From: Alphaproteobacteria bacterium
Lineage (GTDB): Bacteria > Pseudomonadota > Alphaproteobacteria > SHVP01
NCBI GenBank assembly: GCA_038116985.1
Contig: JAYOEZ010000006.1
Span: 7,903-71,902 of the forward strand
Direction: 5' to 3'
Length of the DNA: 64,000 nt
The first letter of the stretch is position 1. Each line of letters starts with the position of its first letter. The notes under the pieces are model-generated. The model had not been told where the DNA came from. It saw only the letters and a list, made by a program, of their open reading frames with translations, and searched no databases. Below, piece after piece: positions 61,784 through 64,000 of the stretch. A program made the position numbers and the translations under genes.

Positions 61784-62665
61784 ATGAGCCCGACCGTCCG
61801 CGGGGCGCTGTGGATGTTCGGCATGGTGGTGTCGCTGTCGCTGCTCGCCATCGCGGCGCGCGAGCTCGCCGACCGCCACAATCCCATGGAATTGCAGGTG
61901 GTGCGGCACGGGCTGAGCCTGCTCATCCTGTTCCCCTTCGTCGCCCGGGCCGGATTCCGCCCTGTCCGGACCAACAACTTCAGGCTTCAGATATTCCGCA
62001 ATCTGGCACATTTCGCGGCGACCATCGGCTGGTACGCCGCCGTCACGGTGCTGCCGCTGGCCGAAGTCTTCGCCATCGAGTTCACGACGCCGGTGTGGGT
62101 CGCCCTGCTGGCGGTACTGTTCCTGGGCGAGAAGATGAATCGCGGGCGGGTGGCGGCGCTGGTGCTGGGGCTGGTCGGCATCATGGTGATCCTGCGGCCG
62201 GGCTTCGCGGAAGTCGGCTGGGGCACCTGGATGATGGTGGCGGCGGCCTTCGGCTTCGCCATCGCCAACGCCTGCACCAAGGGCCTGACGCGGACCGACA
62301 GCGTGCTGACGGTGCTGTTCTGGATGTCGCTGCTGCAGGGCGCGATGGCGCTGGTGGGGGCGTCCTTCGCGTGGACGGCACCGACTGTGGACGAGATCCC
62401 GTGGCTGGTGATCGTCGGCCTGATGGGGCTGGCGGCGCATTTCTCGCTCGCCAAGGCGCTGACCCATGCCGACGTGTCGCTGGTCAACCCGGTGGACTTC
62501 CTGCGCCTGCCGCTGATCGCGGTGGTCGGCTTCTTCGCCTACGGCGAGGCGGTGGAAATCTGGGTCTATCTGGGGGCGGCGCTGATCTTCGTGGGCAACT
62601 ACTACGCCATCCGGCGCGAGTCGCGTCCTTCGACACGGATGCCTTCGTCGTCCGGCTCAGGATAA
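61784..62665 (+). CDS. EamA/DMT-family transporter, paralog 2
   Basis: Seen: VLPLAEVFAIEFTTPVWVALLAVLFLGEKM here against VLPLANVFAIEFTAPIWVALLAVLILGEKL in the gene at 55266. Confidence 0.8.
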   Translation: MSPTVRGALWMFGMVVSLSLLAIAARELADRHNPMELQVVRHGLSLLILFPFVARAGFRPVRTNNFRLQIFRNLAHFAATIGWYAAVTVLPLAEVFAIEFTTPVWVALLAVLFLGEKMNRGRVAALVLGLVGIMVILRPGFAEVGWGTWMMVAAAFGFAIANACTKGLTRTDSVLTVLFWMSLLQGAMALVGASFAWTAPTVDEIPWLVIVGLMGLAAHFSLAKALTHADVSLVNPVDFLRLPLIAVVGFFAYGEAVEIWVYLGAALIFVGNYYAIRRESRPSTRMPSSSGSG

Positions 62666-62890
62666 GGCCCTTCGCCCTTCGGCACGGACCGCTGACGCGG
62701 TCCGGCTCAGGATGAGGCCCTGCGACTCGGGCGGCGATCGCCGCCCGGCTCAGGACGAGGCGCCAAACGAAGCCAATTCGCTCGGCGCCGCCAGCTACGA
62801 AACGAAGCCATTTGGGCGCGCGGGCGGACTGCGAAACGAAGCCAATTCCCGTTTCGGCACAGAGTACGAAACGAACCCAGTCCGACCTAA
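62650..62890. repeat. intergenic tandem direct repeats of two families: about 3 copies of CCGGCTCAGGA(T/C)(A/G)AGGC and about 4 copies of (C)GAAACGAAGCCA with a period of about 34 bp
   Basis: Seen directly between the convergent EamA and cupin genes. The first copy overlaps the EamA stop codon. Confidence 0.5.
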
Positions 62891-62939
62891 CTCATTGACA
62901 TAAAACGGCGATTCAGGATAACCCACGCGCGGAGAAGGG

Positions 62940-63410
62940 TTATTCGAAGGACGAACCGTCCTTACGGCTGAACACGCCCTTGCCGGTGTCGTCGTAGGCG
63001 AACTTCATGTCGATGTCCGGGTATTCGCCGGAATCGCCGGGGACGCGGTCGCCGACCTCGAGATAGGCAGCAGGCCGGTCGGTCCGGTTGACGAGGTGGT
63101 GGCCGTCCTCGCTGCCGGCGGGGAAGCCGGCCGACATGCCGGGCGTGAGAACCTGCTCGCCGGCGTCGGTGATCAGGGTGAGCTCGCCCTCCAGGACCCA
63201 GACGAATTCGTCCTGAACGCGATGCCAGTGGCGCTGGGCCGAGGCCTGGCCCGGCGGCAGGATGGTGTAGTTGACCCCGTAGTTCTTGAGCCCGGCGGCG
63301 TCGCCCAGCGGATGCTTCTCGCGCTTGTTGCAGATCTCGTCATGGGGCGAGGGATAGCCCGAGCCGATACGGGGTTTGACGTCCTTGGGGTTCTTGATGA
63401 CGTGGGGCAT
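62940..63410 (-). CDS. cupin-domain protein
   Basis: Seen: two-His cupin motifs (HWHRVQDEF...E, G...H) in 156 aa. Confidence 0.7.
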   Translation of the reverse strand: MPHVIKNPKDVKPRIGSGYPSPHDEICNKREKHPLGDAAGLKNYGVNYTILPPGQASAQRHWHRVQDEFVWVLEGELTLITDAGEQVLTPGMSAGFPAGSEDGHHLVNRTDRPAAYLEVGDRVPGDSGEYPDIDMKFAYDDTGKGVFSRKDGSSFE

Positions 63411-63419
63411 GGGAATCTC

Positions 63420-64000
63420 CTACCTGGTTTCTTCGAACATCTCGCGGCCGATCAGCATGCGGCGTATCTCCGACGTGCCGGCGCCGATCTCGTAGAGCTT
63501 GGTGTCGCGTAAGAATCGGCCTGTGGGGAACTCGTTGATGTAGCCGTTGCCGCCTAAGCACTGGATCGCGTCGAGCGCGACCTGGGTCGCCTTTTCGGCC
63601 GAGTAGAGGATCGCGCCGGCGGCGTCCTTGCGGGTGACGCGGCCCGCGTCGCAGGCGCGCGCGACGGCGTAGACGTAGGCCTTGCAGGCGTTGGTCGTGG
63701 TGTACATGTCGGCGAGCTTGCCCTGCATGAGCTGGAACTCGCCGATGGGTTTGCCGAACTGCTCGCGTTCGTGGACGTAGGGCACCACGGTATCGAGGCA
63801 GGCCTGCATGATGCCCAAGGGACCGCCCGACAGCACCGCGCGTTCGTAGTCGAGGCCGCTCATCAGGACGCGGACGCCCTTGCCGACCTCGCCCAGCACG
63901 TTCTCTTCGGGCACCTCGCAGTCCTGGAATACGAGCTCGCCGGTGTCCGAACCGCGCATACCGAGCTTGTCGAGCTTCTGCGCGGTGGAGAAGCCCGTGA
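63420..64000 (-). CDS. ivd: isovaleryl-CoA dehydrogenase (acyl-CoA dehydrogenase), C-terminal part; the gene continues past the window end
   Basis: Seen: ACAD C-terminal domain ([21 protein letters not shown], catalytic E in [18 protein letters not shown]). The IVD call is supported by the MCC genes in the window. Confidence 0.8.
   Translation of the reverse strand, partial: TGFSTAQKLDKLGMRGSDTGELVFQDCEVPEENVLGEVGKGVRVLMSGLDYERAVLSGGPLGIMQACLDTVVPYVHEREQFGKPIGEFQLMQGKLADMYTTTNACKAYVYAVARACDAGRVTRKDAAGAILYSAEKATQVALDAIQCLGGNGYINEFPTGRFLRDTKLYEIGAGTSEIRRMLIGREMFEETR

Noticed and set aside
60836-62467. ORFs antisense to the OMP (60836-61690) and to EamA-2 (61733-62467)
   Set aside because: Same reasoning.

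Overview
This is a high-GC (about 66-67%), gene-dense chromosomal segment whose gene order is typical of Alphaproteobacteria (Rhizobiales/Rhodospirillales-like). I found no rRNA, tRNA, CRISPR, IS element or prophage. There are about 55 protein genes. The left end is a conserved housekeeping block: pyrB, pyrC, plsY, dprA, topA, rnr, a NUDIX hydrolase, rpmG, clpS-clpA and a phasin gene. Next come a galU-ugd-pgm sugar-nucleotide operon and a leucine-catabolic set (mccA, hydratase, mccB, thiolase, with ivd at the far right edge). The right third looks accessory. It holds a TauD-like dioxygenase, two paralogous Fe-S flavoproteins of the dimethylglycine-demethylase / trimethylamine-dehydrogenase type, an FAD-linked oxidase, two paralogous EamA transporters and a chemoreceptor (MCP).

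The two observations I rate highest are these.

- A family of three paralogous two-domain SAM-dependent methyltransferases, each about 390 aa: a tandem pair at 28699-31051 and a third copy at 49550-50719. They share a conserved N-terminal domain I cannot place in any named family. The third copy heads the candidate island for N-methylated-amine/betaine metabolism at 49550-58115.
- Five otherwise intact genes are interrupted, and all three stop codons are involved: dprA (TAA), an MCP (two TAG codons), an outer-membrane beta-barrel (TGA), a hypothetical gene next to the thiolase (TAA), and an adenylate cyclase (a 1-nt frameshift). TAA, TAG and TGA all terminate other genes in the window normally, so these look like nonsense lesions or assembly errors rather than recoding.

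Other points: PlsY carries an insertion of about 48 aa that would add two transmembrane helices; there are tandem direct repeats in the EamA/cupin convergent intergenic region; and rpmG (55 aa) is absent from the ORF track. Long antisense ORFs across the window were rejected as GC-rich noise.
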